Source of the DNA: Kiritimatiellia bacterium | Lineage (GTDB): Bacteria > Verrucomicrobiota > Kiritimatiellia > UBA8416 > JABMPJ01 | Reading direction: 5' to 3' | DNA length: 64,000 nt | Assembly: GCA_016783675.1 (NCBI GenBank) | Contig: JADHWE010000002.1 | Span: forward strand, 19,690-83,689 | Shown here: piece by piece, positions 18,480 to 29,813 of the stretch | How the letters are laid out: every line of letters starts with the position of its first letter | Position numbering within the stretch: the first letter of the stretch is position 1 | Notes under the pieces: generated by a model | Database searches by the model: none | The model's input: only the letters and a program-made list of their open reading frames with translations | What the model was told of the DNA's origin: nothing | Made by a program: the position numbers and the translations under genes

Positions 18480-20041
18480 TGAGAAATGCGGAATGCGGAA
18501 TCCGCCTTCGCCGAGGCTACGGCGGACAAGTGCGGAATGCGGAATTCCCCCACATCAAGGTTCAGGGGAACAGGCGCAGAATGCTCGGCCTCGCCGTGTT
18601 GTTGAGCATTGCGCTCGTGGGAGTAGCGGTAGCGGCGGTGGACCCGGCCGGCGAGGTGGTGGCGCTGGAGGGAACCGCGGCGGCGGTTGACCAGGCAGGC
18701 ACACGCCGTGCGCTCGCGATTCACAGCCCCATCTTCCCTCTCGACCGGATCAACACGGCGGAAGGCAGCAAGCTTCAGATCATGTTCGTGGACGATTCGC
18801 TTGTCTCCCAAGGGGAGAAGAGTGAACTGGTGATCGACGAATACGTCTATGACCCCAAGAACAAGTCGCGCAACCGCGCTAAGCTGGGTATCACGAAAGG
18901 GCTCTTCCGGGTGGTCACCGACAAGATCACGAAGCTGAACCCGAAGCGGTTCAAGGTTAAGACGCGTATGGCCACCATCGGCATCCGCGGCTGCGACGTC
19001 GGCTTCAAGATACTGCCCGACGAAGAGGACATTTACGTTATCACGCTCCAGGGCGAAGAAGAAGTCAGCGTGGAGAGCTCCGAGCTGCCCTCCGGCAGCG
19101 GCAGATGGTCTGTCTTCCGCTTCGGGCGCAAAAAGGGGGGCGGAGGCGCAGAGATTCTGATAGACGAGTCACGCAAAATGGTCCTCCTGCGCAAGGGCAA
19201 GAAGATACAGGTGCTTGAGCTGCCTCCCGATCTGTTGTCCCGATTCCTGAATGCCGTAGAGACAGGTCTCGGGATCGTGCAGCTCGGTTTCGAAGATGAC
19301 GGTCCCCCGGGAGGAGACCTGCTTGCCTGGCTATCCAGCTTTATTCCCAAGGCAGGTGCCACACCCCCACCCGGTCCTCCGCCGCCGCCGGGGCTGGAGC
19401 CACCTCCTCCGCCACCCCCGCCTGAGGAAGAGGAAGAGGAGGAAGAAGAGGAAGAAGAAGAGGAGGAGCCCGAAAGACCTCGCCGAAGATTCATTGAAAT
19501 GGGCAGAAGCATCCATGATCACTGGGTCTGGGGACGCTGGGAGGTCGATGACGAGCTGGAGAGCTATGCCTTTGATGACTACACCGCCATCGACGGCGGT
19601 GATTTTGAGACCATTGTCACCGAAGGGGGTTACTACTTCCTAACCGGTCAGGGCGATGCCGCCGCGACAGTCTTGCACGCCGGAGAGCTCGTGGGACTCG
19701 TGGGCGATTGCGATATCGACTTGGAGATCGGCGAGAGCGCTCTACCGTACTGGAGCGGCAGTTTCTATATGGACAACGACGACGGAGGCAGCTCACTGTC
19801 CTTCGACGCCAATGGCGACGTGCAGTTGGACGGCTCATTTGACGGCACGACAAGTGGCCACGATCTCACTATGCCGGGGTATTCATCCACAAGTCCCGAC
19901 TCCGAGAGCATCAACGGCATGCTGGCTGGAGATGACGGCGAGATCACCGGCGCCTTCGGCTGGTTCCAATTGACGTTCCCAGAAGCCGATGTCGATGGCA
20001 TTTTCGCGACTGACTTTGATACCCCCCAAACCCCACAGTAA
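18479..20041 (+). CDS. FecR-domain protein with Pro/Glu linker and acidic C-terminal beta-barrel-like domain
   Basis: 'DRINT...LQIMFVDDS..S.GE.SELVIDEYVYDP', 'G.FRVVT.KI', 'VKTRMATIGIRG' FecR motifs; TGATG overlap with the upstream stop (alternative ATG 18581). Confidence 0.85.
   Translation: MRNAECGIRLRRGYGGQVRNAEFPHIKVQGNRRRMLGLAVLLSIALVGVAVAAVDPAGEVVALEGTAAAVDQAGTRRALAIHSPIFPLDRINTAEGSKLQIMFVDDSLVSQGEKSELVIDEYVYDPKNKSRNRAKLGITKGLFRVVTDKITKLNPKRFKVKTRMATIGIRGCDVGFKILPDEEDIYVITLQGEEEVSVESSELPSGSGRWSVFRFGRKKGGGGAEILIDESRKMVLLRKGKKIQVLELPPDLLSRFLNAVETGLGIVQLGFEDDGPPGGDLLAWLSSFIPKAGATPPPGPPPPPGLEPPPPPPPPEEEEEEEEEEEEEEEPERPRRRFIEMGRSIHDHWVWGRWEVDDELESYAFDDYTAIDGGDFETIVTEGGYYFLTGQGDAAATVLHAGELVGLVGDCDIDLEIGESALPYWSGSFYMDNDDGGSSLSFDANGDVQLDGSFDGTTSGHDLTMPGYSSTSPDSESINGMLAGDDGEITGAFGWFQLTFPEADVDGIFATDFDTPQTPQ
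18485..18545. repeat. REP-like hairpin (ccgccttcgccgaggctacggcgg) nested in aatgcgg heptamer repeats
   Basis: aatgcggaatgcggaa-tccgccttcgccgaggctacggcggacaag-tgcggaatgcggaat; core matches the reverse complement of 35157-35182. Confidence 0.75.
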
Positions 20042-20059
20042 TTTACGTTCGGGAACAGC

Positions 20060-22318
20060 ATGGGATGGCGTAGGATATTCAGCCGGCGAGTCCTGAGACA
20101 CATTCCGCTGGTGTGGACCATTGGCTCTGTCATCACGCTGCTCTGCCTGGTCATCTTCGTTCTCGGGCTCGACGTGGTCGATGCGGTGTCTGACAAACTC
20201 TACGATGCGCTGCTGCGGCAGGTGCATGAGCAACCGAAATCCGGACGGGTGGCCATCGTCGACCTTGACGAGAAGAGCCTGGAGGAGCTGGGCCAGTGGC
20301 CGTGGCCGCGCTACCTGACCGCACGACTGACCGAGCGCATTCTCAGCGGCAGTCCATCGGTGGTGGCCTACGACGTGGTCTTTGCGGAACCCGACCGGAC
20401 GTCGCCTGAACAGCTTCGCATCGACCTTCAGCGCAACCTGAACCTGCTTGTCGAGGTCAAGGGGCTTCCTGCGGATATGACGGACTACGACCGTCTCCTC
20501 GCTCAAGCCCTGTCGGGCGGCAAGACGATCCTGGGATGCTTCATGCATGCCTCGCCCACCATGGTTGCCGAGGCCCCGGACGACTCCGATCCGCTCTATG
20601 ATGGATCACGCCTCTTCCTGCGGGGTACGGCGGGCGTGAACATCAACGAGTACCTGACACAGGCCAAAGACATTACCGTTCCCATCCCTATTCTGCGCAA
20701 GTCCGCCGAGACCGCGTTCTTCAATGCCTCGGTGGACGCGGACAATGTGGTGCGCAAGAACCCGCTAATCTGGGCATTCGGTCCACAGCGCATATACCCC
20801 TCGCTCGCGCTGGAGGCGGTTCGACTGGACCGGGGTCTCAGCCAGAGCATGATTGAGTATGACGACGGTGGTGTGGTGCAACTGCGGCTGCGCGATGTGC
20901 TGATCCCCTGCACCAAGTCGGGCAGGCTGGTGGTCAACTACCGCACCGTTCATGAGAATCCGCGCACCGGCCTGGCGTCGTCGTTCCCCAGCTACTCGGC
21001 CGCCGATCTTCTCGATGGAACCGTTGATTCGAGCGTTCTGAGCAACAAGATTGTGTTCGTGGGCACGTCCGCCATCGGTCTGCGCGATCTGCGTGCCACG
21101 CCGCTGGCCCGCCTCTTCCCGGGCGTCGAGGTACACGCAACCATGGTCGACAACATTCTCGCCGGCGATGCACTGAGCGAGCCCAACTGGATGGACGGCG
21201 CCCAGTTTATGGCCATCCTGGTGGTCGGCCTGTTCATGACGTTCCTGATCTCGCGGGGATGTTCGTGGTTGTCCTTCCTGCTGACGCTGTTGACCCTCGG
21301 CCTCTCGATGGCCACCGCCGTCGTGTTGCTCGCACACCGGCAGATGGTCTTTGTGCCGGCATGGACCATGCTCTCCACGCTCCTCATATACCCGGTCCTG
21401 ACCATGATCAGGTTCTGGCAGGAGGAACAGCAGAAGCAACGGGTGCGCAACATGTTCGGCACGATGGTGTCCCGGGATGTGCTGCGCTACCTCGAGGCCA
21501 ACCCGGAGAGCTTCTCGCTGCGCGGCGAACGAACCGAGGCAACGGTTTTCTTCTCGGATGTGGCCGGATTCACCACCATCTCCGAGCAAATGGAACCCGA
21601 CCGGATGACCGACCTGCTCAACCGCTACCTGACGCCCATGACCGATATCATCCTTGGGCATGGCGGTTACGTCGACAAGTACGAGGGCGATGCCGTGATG
21701 GCGGAATGGGGCGTGCCTTTCCGGGCCGATGATCATGCCGCCCAGGCCTGTCTCGCCGCGATCGAACAGCAGGAGCGCCTGGCGCAGCTCCGTCCTGAAC
21801 TCAAGAAGGAGTTCGGTCATGAGCTGCACGTGCGAATGGGAATCAACACCGGGACAGTGACGGCGGGCAACATGGGATCCGACATGCGCTTCTCCTACAC
21901 CGTCATGGGCGATACGGTGAACTTTGCCTCACGGCTCGAGCCAACCAACAAGGAGTACGGCACCTCCATTCTGATCGGCGAGGCCACGGCCAAGGCGGCC
22001 GCGGACGTGATCGAGGTGCGCTTCCTCGACAAGATCGTGGTGCAGGGCAAGTCCAAGCCGGTCACTGTCTACGAGCTCCTGGGAAAACGCGGGACCATCA
22101 GCGATGACACCAGGAAGGTTGCATCACTCTATACCGAGGCGCTGCATCTCCACTGGGAGCGGCGCTGGGAAGACGCCCTCGACACGCTGGCCGAGGCGCT
22201 CGGGATCGATCCCGACGATGGCCCCAGCAACACCCTCCGCATCCGGATCACGGGCTACCGCGACGATCCCCCGCCGGAGGATTGGGGCGGGGAATACGTT
22301 CGCACGACGAAGGACTGA
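20060..22318 (+). CDS. CHASE2-domain class III adenylate cyclase with C-terminal TPR
   Basis: CHASE2 'VDLDEKSLEELGQWPWPR', 'DVVFAEPDR', 'PGVEVHA'; 3 TM; cyclase 'FFSDVAGFT', 'DKYEGDAVM', 'YTVMGDTVNFASRLE'. Confidence 0.93.
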   Translation: MGWRRIFSRRVLRHIPLVWTIGSVITLLCLVIFVLGLDVVDAVSDKLYDALLRQVHEQPKSGRVAIVDLDEKSLEELGQWPWPRYLTARLTERILSGSPSVVAYDVVFAEPDRTSPEQLRIDLQRNLNLLVEVKGLPADMTDYDRLLAQALSGGKTILGCFMHASPTMVAEAPDDSDPLYDGSRLFLRGTAGVNINEYLTQAKDITVPIPILRKSAETAFFNASVDADNVVRKNPLIWAFGPQRIYPSLALEAVRLDRGLSQSMIEYDDGGVVQLRLRDVLIPCTKSGRLVVNYRTVHENPRTGLASSFPSYSAADLLDGTVDSSVLSNKIVFVGTSAIGLRDLRATPLARLFPGVEVHATMVDNILAGDALSEPNWMDGAQFMAILVVGLFMTFLISRGCSWLSFLLTLLTLGLSMATAVVLLAHRQMVFVPAWTMLSTLLIYPVLTMIRFWQEEQQKQRVRNMFGTMVSRDVLRYLEANPESFSLRGERTEATVFFSDVAGFTTISEQMEPDRMTDLLNRYLTPMTDIILGHGGYVDKYEGDAVMAEWGVPFRADDHAAQACLAAIEQQERLAQLRPELKKEFGHELHVRMGINTGTVTAGNMGSDMRFSYTVMGDTVNFASRLEPTNKEYGTSILIGEATAKAAADVIEVRFLDKIVVQGKSKPVTVYELLGKRGTISDDTRKVASLYTEALHLHWERRWEDALDTLAEALGIDPDDGPSNTLRIRITGYRDDPPPEDWGGEYVRTTKD

Positions 22319-22360
22319 TCCCGAAAAGGGCCCGTATATCAGCCCCATCTCCGTTTCTGA

Positions 22361-22389
22361 TTGATCCCGCCCTGCCACTCGGCTATCTT
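22361..22389 (+). promoter_or_regulatory. Probable sigma70 promoter of hppA
   Basis: TTGATC-17 bp-TATCTT. Confidence 0.5.
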
Positions 22390-22403
22390 GCAGGCTCGTT
22401 CTC

Positions 22404-22472
22404 GTGTTGCCTGCTAAGGCTGGCAGGTACTGGGTAACAGGGCCGTGTGAGAGGCGGCACAGCTCCGAAAGG
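22404..22472 (+). ncRNA. Probable Na+-sensing (DUF1646 / Na+-I) riboswitch
   Basis: GUUG-[ccugc/gcagg hairpin]-GGGUAACAG-[gggccgugu/gcacagcuc stem]-CGAAAGG; overlaps the RBS of a Na+-type pyrophosphatase. Recognised from memory of the motif, not by a model search. Confidence 0.6.
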
Positions 22473-22479
22473 ACATATC

Positions 22480-24888
<2,409 letters not shown>

Positions 24889-24911
24889 AGCGCAGACACA
24901 GCTCAAACACG

Positions 24912-24939
24912 ACAAGGCCGGACATATGTCCGGCCTTGT
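24912..24939 (+). terminator. Perfect palindrome after hppA, likely intrinsic terminator
   Basis: acaaggccggacat-atgtccggccttgt followed by ttatt. Confidence 0.65.
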
Positions 24940-24972
24940 TTATTGCCTATTGCTGAAGTGAAAGCCCTCAAC

Positions 24973-25110
24973 TCAACGTCCAACAGCCAACAAGGAGCTC
25001 CGAACTCCCAAGTGAGCGAGAGAAGCGAATGTCGAGCCCGTGAGTCATCCCAGTCGCTCACTGCTCGCACTTGGAAGTTGGACATTCCTTGTTGGATGTT
25101 GGGTGTTGGA
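24973..25110. repeat. ~140-bp MITE-like element (copy 2 of the 14082 family)
   Basis: Shares ccaacaagga/caagga arm, 'tgagcgagaga' and 'ttccttgttggatgttgg' with 14082-14224. Confidence 0.75.
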
Positions 25111-25174
25111 AATCCTTCTGGTTGGCGTCGAAGATTCTTGTCCTCCCCACCCAAACTCAGCACCATAGCTTCCC

Positions 25175-25945
25175 ATGAAAGCGATCTTTCTCGGCACCGG
25201 CACCTCGGCGGGCATCCCTATTATTGGATGCCACTGTCCGGTCTGCGCCTCTGCGGATCCGCACAACCGGCGGCGGCGCACCAGCCTCTATCTTGAGGCG
25301 GGCGGGAAGTACGTGCTCGTGGACACCCCGCCCGATTTCCGCGAGCAGGCGATCGAGCACCGCCTGCCCCGTATCGATGCGGTCTGCTTCACCCACTCGC
25401 ACGCCGACCACATCTTCGGGTTCGACGACATCCGCCGGTTCAACACGATCCAGGATGAGATCATTCCGGCCTACGCGGACGCCGGCACGCTGGCAGACCT
25501 GCAACGCATCTTCAATTACATCGGCACCGAGCACGTCGTGGGCTTCTACCGTCCTCGCATCACCTTCAACACCATCGATGCCCCGTTCAACATCGGCGAT
25601 GTGTTAGTCACACCGGTCGAGGTGGAGCACGGACACAATACGATTCTGGGGTTCCGCTTTGATGCCGACGGACGTTCGCTGGGCTACGTGCCGGACTGCT
25701 CGGCGATGTCAGAGGCGGCAATCGATGCCTTTCGCGGGATCGATATCATGATCCTCGATGCCCTGCGCCTACGGCCACACCTGACCCATCTCACGCTGGA
25801 AGACAGTGTCGCCCTGCTGAAGCAGATCGGGGCCGGGAAATCATACATCATTCACCTCTGCCACGACCTCGATCACGAGGAGACGCAGGCCAAGCTGCCT
25901 GAGAGCTGCTTCGTCTCGTATGATGGCCTGACGCTGGAATGGTAG
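25175..25945 (+). CDS. phnP: PhnP-like metallo-beta-lactamase-fold hydrolase
   Basis: 'FLGTGTSAGIP.IGC.C.VC.S', 'THSHADHIFG.DD.R'. Confidence 0.85.
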   Translation: MKAIFLGTGTSAGIPIIGCHCPVCASADPHNRRRRTSLYLEAGGKYVLVDTPPDFREQAIEHRLPRIDAVCFTHSHADHIFGFDDIRRFNTIQDEIIPAYADAGTLADLQRIFNYIGTEHVVGFYRPRITFNTIDAPFNIGDVLVTPVEVEHGHNTILGFRFDADGRSLGYVPDCSAMSEAAIDAFRGIDIMILDALRLRPHLTHLTLEDSVALLKQIGAGKSYIIHLCHDLDHEETQAKLPESCFVSYDGLTLEW

Positions 25946-25950
25946 GAATT

Positions 25951-25980
25951 AGCCGCGAAGGAACGCAGAGAACGCAAAGA
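25951..25980. repeat. Solo arm of 9-bp (cgcagagaa-like) repeat
   Basis: agccgcgaaggaacgcagagaacgcaaaga between convergent genes. Confidence 0.5.
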
Positions 25981-26002
25981 ATAGAGGCTTCCCCTTCCCC
26001 GA

Positions 26003-26488
26003 TCAGACATCGATCGGTTCGAGGTACTCGCGCGCGACTTCTACGACGATGGCCTGGCCGATCATGTCGACGCTGAGGCAGACCTTGCTCTGGCCGCGAA
26101 GCTCCTCAACCCAGCCCTCGACACCCATGAACGGTCCACCCGTGATGCGGACGGCGGTGCCCTTCTTGAGCGCGGCATCTGCACCCAGTGACGGATCCAC
26201 GTCCAGCGCTTTGCGAACCTGTTCCAGTTCGTGAACCAGGTGTGTCTCGTCATCCGTCTCCAGGAAGCGGACGATTTGGTTGGTCTTCAACAGGCTGAGA
26301 CGCTGCTGCCTGTCGAACGAGGCGAAGACGTAGCCGGGGAAGATCGGTTTATCGACCGTCACCTTGCGGCGCTGGTAGATCTTGGTTTCGGAACGGAGGG
26401 GAAGATAGTTCTCGATCCCGAGGGCACAACAACACTGCGCGATCTTCTTCTCGCAACGGGGCTTCACATGTAATACGCACCAGGACAT
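26003..26488 (-). CDS. UpxY/RfaH-like NusG paralog (transcription antiterminator)
   Basis: NGN 'W.VLHVKPRCEKK...YLPL...PIFPGYVF' and KOW 'G..VRITGGPF.G.EG'. Confidence 0.88.
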   Translation of the reverse strand: MSWCVLHVKPRCEKKIAQCCCALGIENYLPLRSETKIYQRRKVTVDKPIFPGYVFASFDRQQRLSLLKTNQIVRFLETDDETHLVHELEQVRKALDVDPSLGADAALKKGTAVRITGGPFMGVEGWVEELRGQSKVCLSVDMIGQAIVVEVAREYLEPIDV

Positions 26489-26519
26489 AAGTTGAATCCG
26501 GAGGAAACGCCAAAACTGA

Positions 26520-27536
26520 TTACAGAAGCCGTTGTTGTGCTTGGTTCGGTTTCAGTCCCAGGCGGTCGTAGCAGAGATCGGTTGCCACGCGGCCCTGGGC
26601 CGTTCGCTTGAGGTAGCCCTCCATAATCAGGTAGGGCTCGTAGACATCCTCGATCGTGTCGGCTTCCTCGCCAACCGAGACCGCGAGCGAGTTGAGGCCC
26701 ACCGGGCCGCCGGAGAACTTGTGAATGATGGTCTCCAGGATGCGCTTGTCCATGTCGTCCAGCCCCTGCGCATCAATATCGAGCATCGCCAGCGCCTTGT
26801 CGGCCACCTGCTGCGTAATGCGATTATCGGCACGCACCTGGGCATAGTCGCGTACGCGGCGCAGCAGGTTGTTCGTGATGCGTGGGGTGCCGCGCGAGCG
26901 GCGCGCGATCTCCAGCGATCCCTCCGGCTCCACTTCGATGTTCAAGATCCGAGCCGTGCGCTCCACGATATGCTGCAGGTTGGCCGCGTCGTAATAGTCC
27001 AGTCGATCCGTGATGCCAAAACGCGAGCGCAAAGGCGAGGAGATCAGGCCGCTGCGGGTGGTCGCCCCTATGAGCGTAAAACGAGGCAGCTCGATGCGAA
27101 CCGAGCGGGCGTTGGGCCCCTGGTCGATCATGATATCGAGCACGAAGTCCTCCATCGCCGCATAGAGATACTCCTCGACCGTTTTCTGCATGCGATGGAT
27201 TTCGTCGATGAAGAGTACGTCGCCACGCTCCAGGTTGGTGAGCAGTCCGGCGAGGTCGCCGGGCTTGTCGATGATCGGTCCTGAAGTCACCTTGATCGCG
27301 CTGCCCATCGCCTCGGCGATGATGTAGGCCAGCGTGGTCTTGCCGAGGCCCGGGGGTCCTGACAGGAGCACATGGTCGAGGACATCTTCCCGTTGCCGTG
27401 CCGCGTCGACCGCCAGCTCCAGGCGCTCCTTGACCTTCTCCTGGCCGGCGAAGTCTTCGAAACGGGTCGGGCGCACGCTCAGCTCGAAATCGTTGTCGCG
27501 CGTATTCAGGTTTCCCAGTGTTCGCTCATCATTCAC
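26520..27536 (-). CDS. ruvB: Holliday junction branch migration helicase RuvB
   Basis: '[11 protein letters not shown]', 'LFIDEIHR', 'GATTR', 'SRGTPR', 'EPYL'. Confidence 0.97.
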   Translation of the reverse strand: MNDERTLGNLNTRDNDFELSVRPTRFEDFAGQEKVKERLELAVDAARQREDVLDHVLLSGPPGLGKTTLAYIIAEAMGSAIKVTSGPIIDKPGDLAGLLTNLERGDVLFIDEIHRMQKTVEEYLYAAMEDFVLDIMIDQGPNARSVRIELPRFTLIGATTRSGLISSPLRSRFGITDRLDYYDAANLQHIVERTARILNIEVEPEGSLEIARRSRGTPRITNNLLRRVRDYAQVRADNRITQQVADKALAMLDIDAQGLDDMDKRILETIIHKFSGGPVGLNSLAVSVGEEADTIEDVYEPYLIMEGYLKRTAQGRVATDLCYDRLGLKPNQAQQRLL

Positions 27537-27538
27537 GC

Positions 27539-28135
27539 TTATCGTCCTCCCAGTGCCCGCTTGATGAGCTCTTCCACGCCCAGGTCATCGCCGCCCTTGA
27601 GCGCCTGTGTCGCCATCTTGCGCGCGGCGTCCTGTTGGTAGCCGAGGGCGATCAGCGCCAGCACGGTATCGCGCAGACGGATGTTGTCGGGCGACTGAGG
27701 GTCGCCGCCTGCCACGGCTTCAAGCGCCTCGCCGGGCTTGATGCGACTGCGCAGCTCCACGACCATCCGTTCGGCGGTACGTTTGCCCACGCCGGAGATA
27801 GAGCTGAGCCGCTTGATATCCCCCTCCACCACGGCCGCCTTCAGCTCGCGCGCGGAGAGCCCGCTGAGAGCGCTGAGAGCGATCTTGGGTCCGATCCCAC
27901 TGATGCCCAACAGCAGCCGGAACGTGTCGCGCTCATCCTCGCTCATGAACCCGAAAAGCTGGCGCGACTCCTCGCGCACATGGTCGTGCGTCAACACCTT
28001 GCAGCGCTCGCCCATGGCCGGCAACCGGTCGTACGTACAGAGCGGAATAAACACCTCATACCCCACCCCACCCACATCCATCACCAGCCGCGTCGGCTGC
28101 TTCTCAGCAATCGTTCCATCCAGATAGGTAATCAT
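27539..28135 (-). CDS. ruvA: Holliday junction branch migration protein RuvA
   Basis: 'MITYLDG', 'VGGVGYEV', 'GIGPKIAL', '[14 protein letters not shown]', 'ALIALGY'. Confidence 0.96.
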   Translation of the reverse strand: MITYLDGTIAEKQPTRLVMDVGGVGYEVFIPLCTYDRLPAMGERCKVLTHDHVREESRQLFGFMSEDERDTFRLLLGISGIGPKIALSALSGLSARELKAAVVEGDIKRLSSISGVGKRTAERMVVELRSRIKPGEALEAVAGGDPQSPDNIRLRDTVLALIALGYQQDAARKMATQALKGGDDLGVEELIKRALGGR

Positions 28136-28206
28136 ACGTGGCTCTTGTCTACCGAATTTGGCCTGGAGAAGCAATGAATTGCTCGCCTGATGTCGTGGTG
28201 CGTTTG

Positions 28207-28234
28207 TTGCATATCGCCGTCGCTGTGGTACAGT
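28207..28234 (+). promoter_or_regulatory. Possible sigma70 promoter of the trkA operon
   Basis: TTGCAT-16 bp-(TGn)TACAGT. Confidence 0.45.
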
Positions 28235-28322
28235 GTCTGGGCAGTTCGGTCCCGTGCACCTCTTGTCGGTGCATCATGAATCAGAACGGGGCACGTGAGA
28301 CTGCCTGGAAGGACCATAGGGG

Positions 28323-29813
28323 ATGAGAATACTGATTGTTGGCGCGGGAAACTCCGGACGACATCTGGCTACAATGCTGTGTGAGATGTCGCACGAGGTC
28401 GTCGTGGTGGACCGCGACCCGGAACCGCTCGCCGTTCTTGACGCCCATCTCGATGTGATGACCGTTACGGGATCTGGTTCTTCGCCGGATGTCCTGGAGC
28501 AAGCCGAGCTGGGCAAGGCTGACCTGCTGATTGCTGTCACGGACTCGGATGAAGTCAATATCCTGGCCTGTCACTGTGCGCGCGTGGCCGGGGTCAAGGA
28601 CACGGTCGCCCGCGTTGTGAACCCGGCCCTGCTGAAATCGTCGCTGCTCGACTACAAGCAACTGGGTGTCGATTGCGTGGTTAGCCAGAACAAGGAGGCG
28701 GCCGAAGAGCTGTTCAAGATTCTTCACAACCCCGGTTTGCTCGAATCGATTGATCTTCTCGACGGACGAGTGGTGATGGCGCGCATCAAAGTGCGCTCCG
28801 ACAGCCCGCTTCTTGGCGGTGCCGTTGCAGATTTAGGCCTGCCACGTCGCGGATCTACCGACCGCACTGGTGATAAGCAGGAGGCCCTGGGTTCGCCTAC
28901 CGGCGGCGATGACGAGACAGGGCTCATGGCGCGGGTGCGGTTCATCGTTGCCATGCGGGGTGAAACGGTATTCCTGCCGCGCGGCGATACGTCGTTCGAG
29001 GCCGATGACGATCTCTATGTTGCCGTGCAGTCCAAGGACCTGCATCAGTTGCTTGACTGGGCCTATCCCGGTCGACATGCATTCGACAAGAGCGTGATCG
29101 CCGGGGGAGGGGGGCTGGGGCTGGGCCTGGTGCAGCGGTTGGAGGCCGAGTCGGTCCCGGCGGTGTTGATTGAGCGGGATGCCACTCGTGCCGGGGAATG
29201 CTCCGATGTATTGCACAAGACGTTGGTCCTGCACGGTGACGCCTCGGACCAGGAGCTGCTGAAAGGCGCCGGCGTCGGCCCCGATACGGCGTTTGTCGCC
29301 ATCACCGGTGATGAGGAGTTCAACATCATCAGTTGCCTGCTGGCCCACAAGCTGGGCGCTGTCTTCACGGTCGCGCTGGTGTTGAAACCCGAGTACGTGC
29401 CAATTGTCCGGACCCTCGGCCTGCTCAGCAGGGTCGTGAGCCCTCACCTCTCCATGATCAACGCGATTCTGCATTTTGTACGAGGGAAACACGTGCGGGC
29501 GGCGGTGTGTCTGCACAAGGCGCCGGGTGAACTCCTGCATGTGGTCGTGCGGGAGGGGCATCGCTGGGCCGGCAAGCCCATCAGAAAACTTAAGATGCCG
29601 GGTGAATGCCTGATCGTGACCGTGCTGCGGGACGCCAGCATTCACGTCCCGACCGGAGACCTCGAAATACAGCAAGGAGACCAACTCATAATGTTTGCCC
29701 TGCCCGAGGACGTCGGTCGCGTCCAAGGCATGTTTAAAGACCGAGGTCCGCACCCGCGAAAAGCACGCAGGGGTGCGCCGGCGGGCAATGCCATATCTAA
29801 AACTCAACCATGA
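28323..29813 (+). CDS. trkA: Trk system potassium uptake protein TrkA (two RCK domains)
   Basis: 'MRILIVGAG', 'ADLLIAVTDSDEVN', second RCK 'IAGGG..G', 'VLHGDASD'. Confidence 0.92.
   Translation: MRILIVGAGNSGRHLATMLCEMSHEVVVVDRDPEPLAVLDAHLDVMTVTGSGSSPDVLEQAELGKADLLIAVTDSDEVNILACHCARVAGVKDTVARVVNPALLKSSLLDYKQLGVDCVVSQNKEAAEELFKILHNPGLLESIDLLDGRVVMARIKVRSDSPLLGGAVADLGLPRRGSTDRTGDKQEALGSPTGGDDETGLMARVRFIVAMRGETVFLPRGDTSFEADDDLYVAVQSKDLHQLLDWAYPGRHAFDKSVIAGGGGLGLGLVQRLEAESVPAVLIERDATRAGECSDVLHKTLVLHGDASDQELLKGAGVGPDTAFVAITGDEEFNIISCLLAHKLGAVFTVALVLKPEYVPIVRTLGLLSRVVSPHLSMINAILHFVRGKHVRAAVCLHKAPGELLHVVVREGHRWAGKPIRKLKMPGECLIVTVLRDASIHVPTGDLEIQQGDQLIMFALPEDVGRVQGMFKDRGPHPRKARRGAPAGNAISKTQP

Noticed and set aside
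19365..19470. Poly-Pro/poly-Glu GAA/GAG tract as a phase-variable repeat
   Set aside because: Mixed synonymous codons in triplet phase; a coding linker that cannot cause frameshifts
28237..28322. c-di-AMP (ydaO) riboswitch before trkA
   Set aside because: Too short and lacks the consensus segments; kept only as an unassigned structured leader
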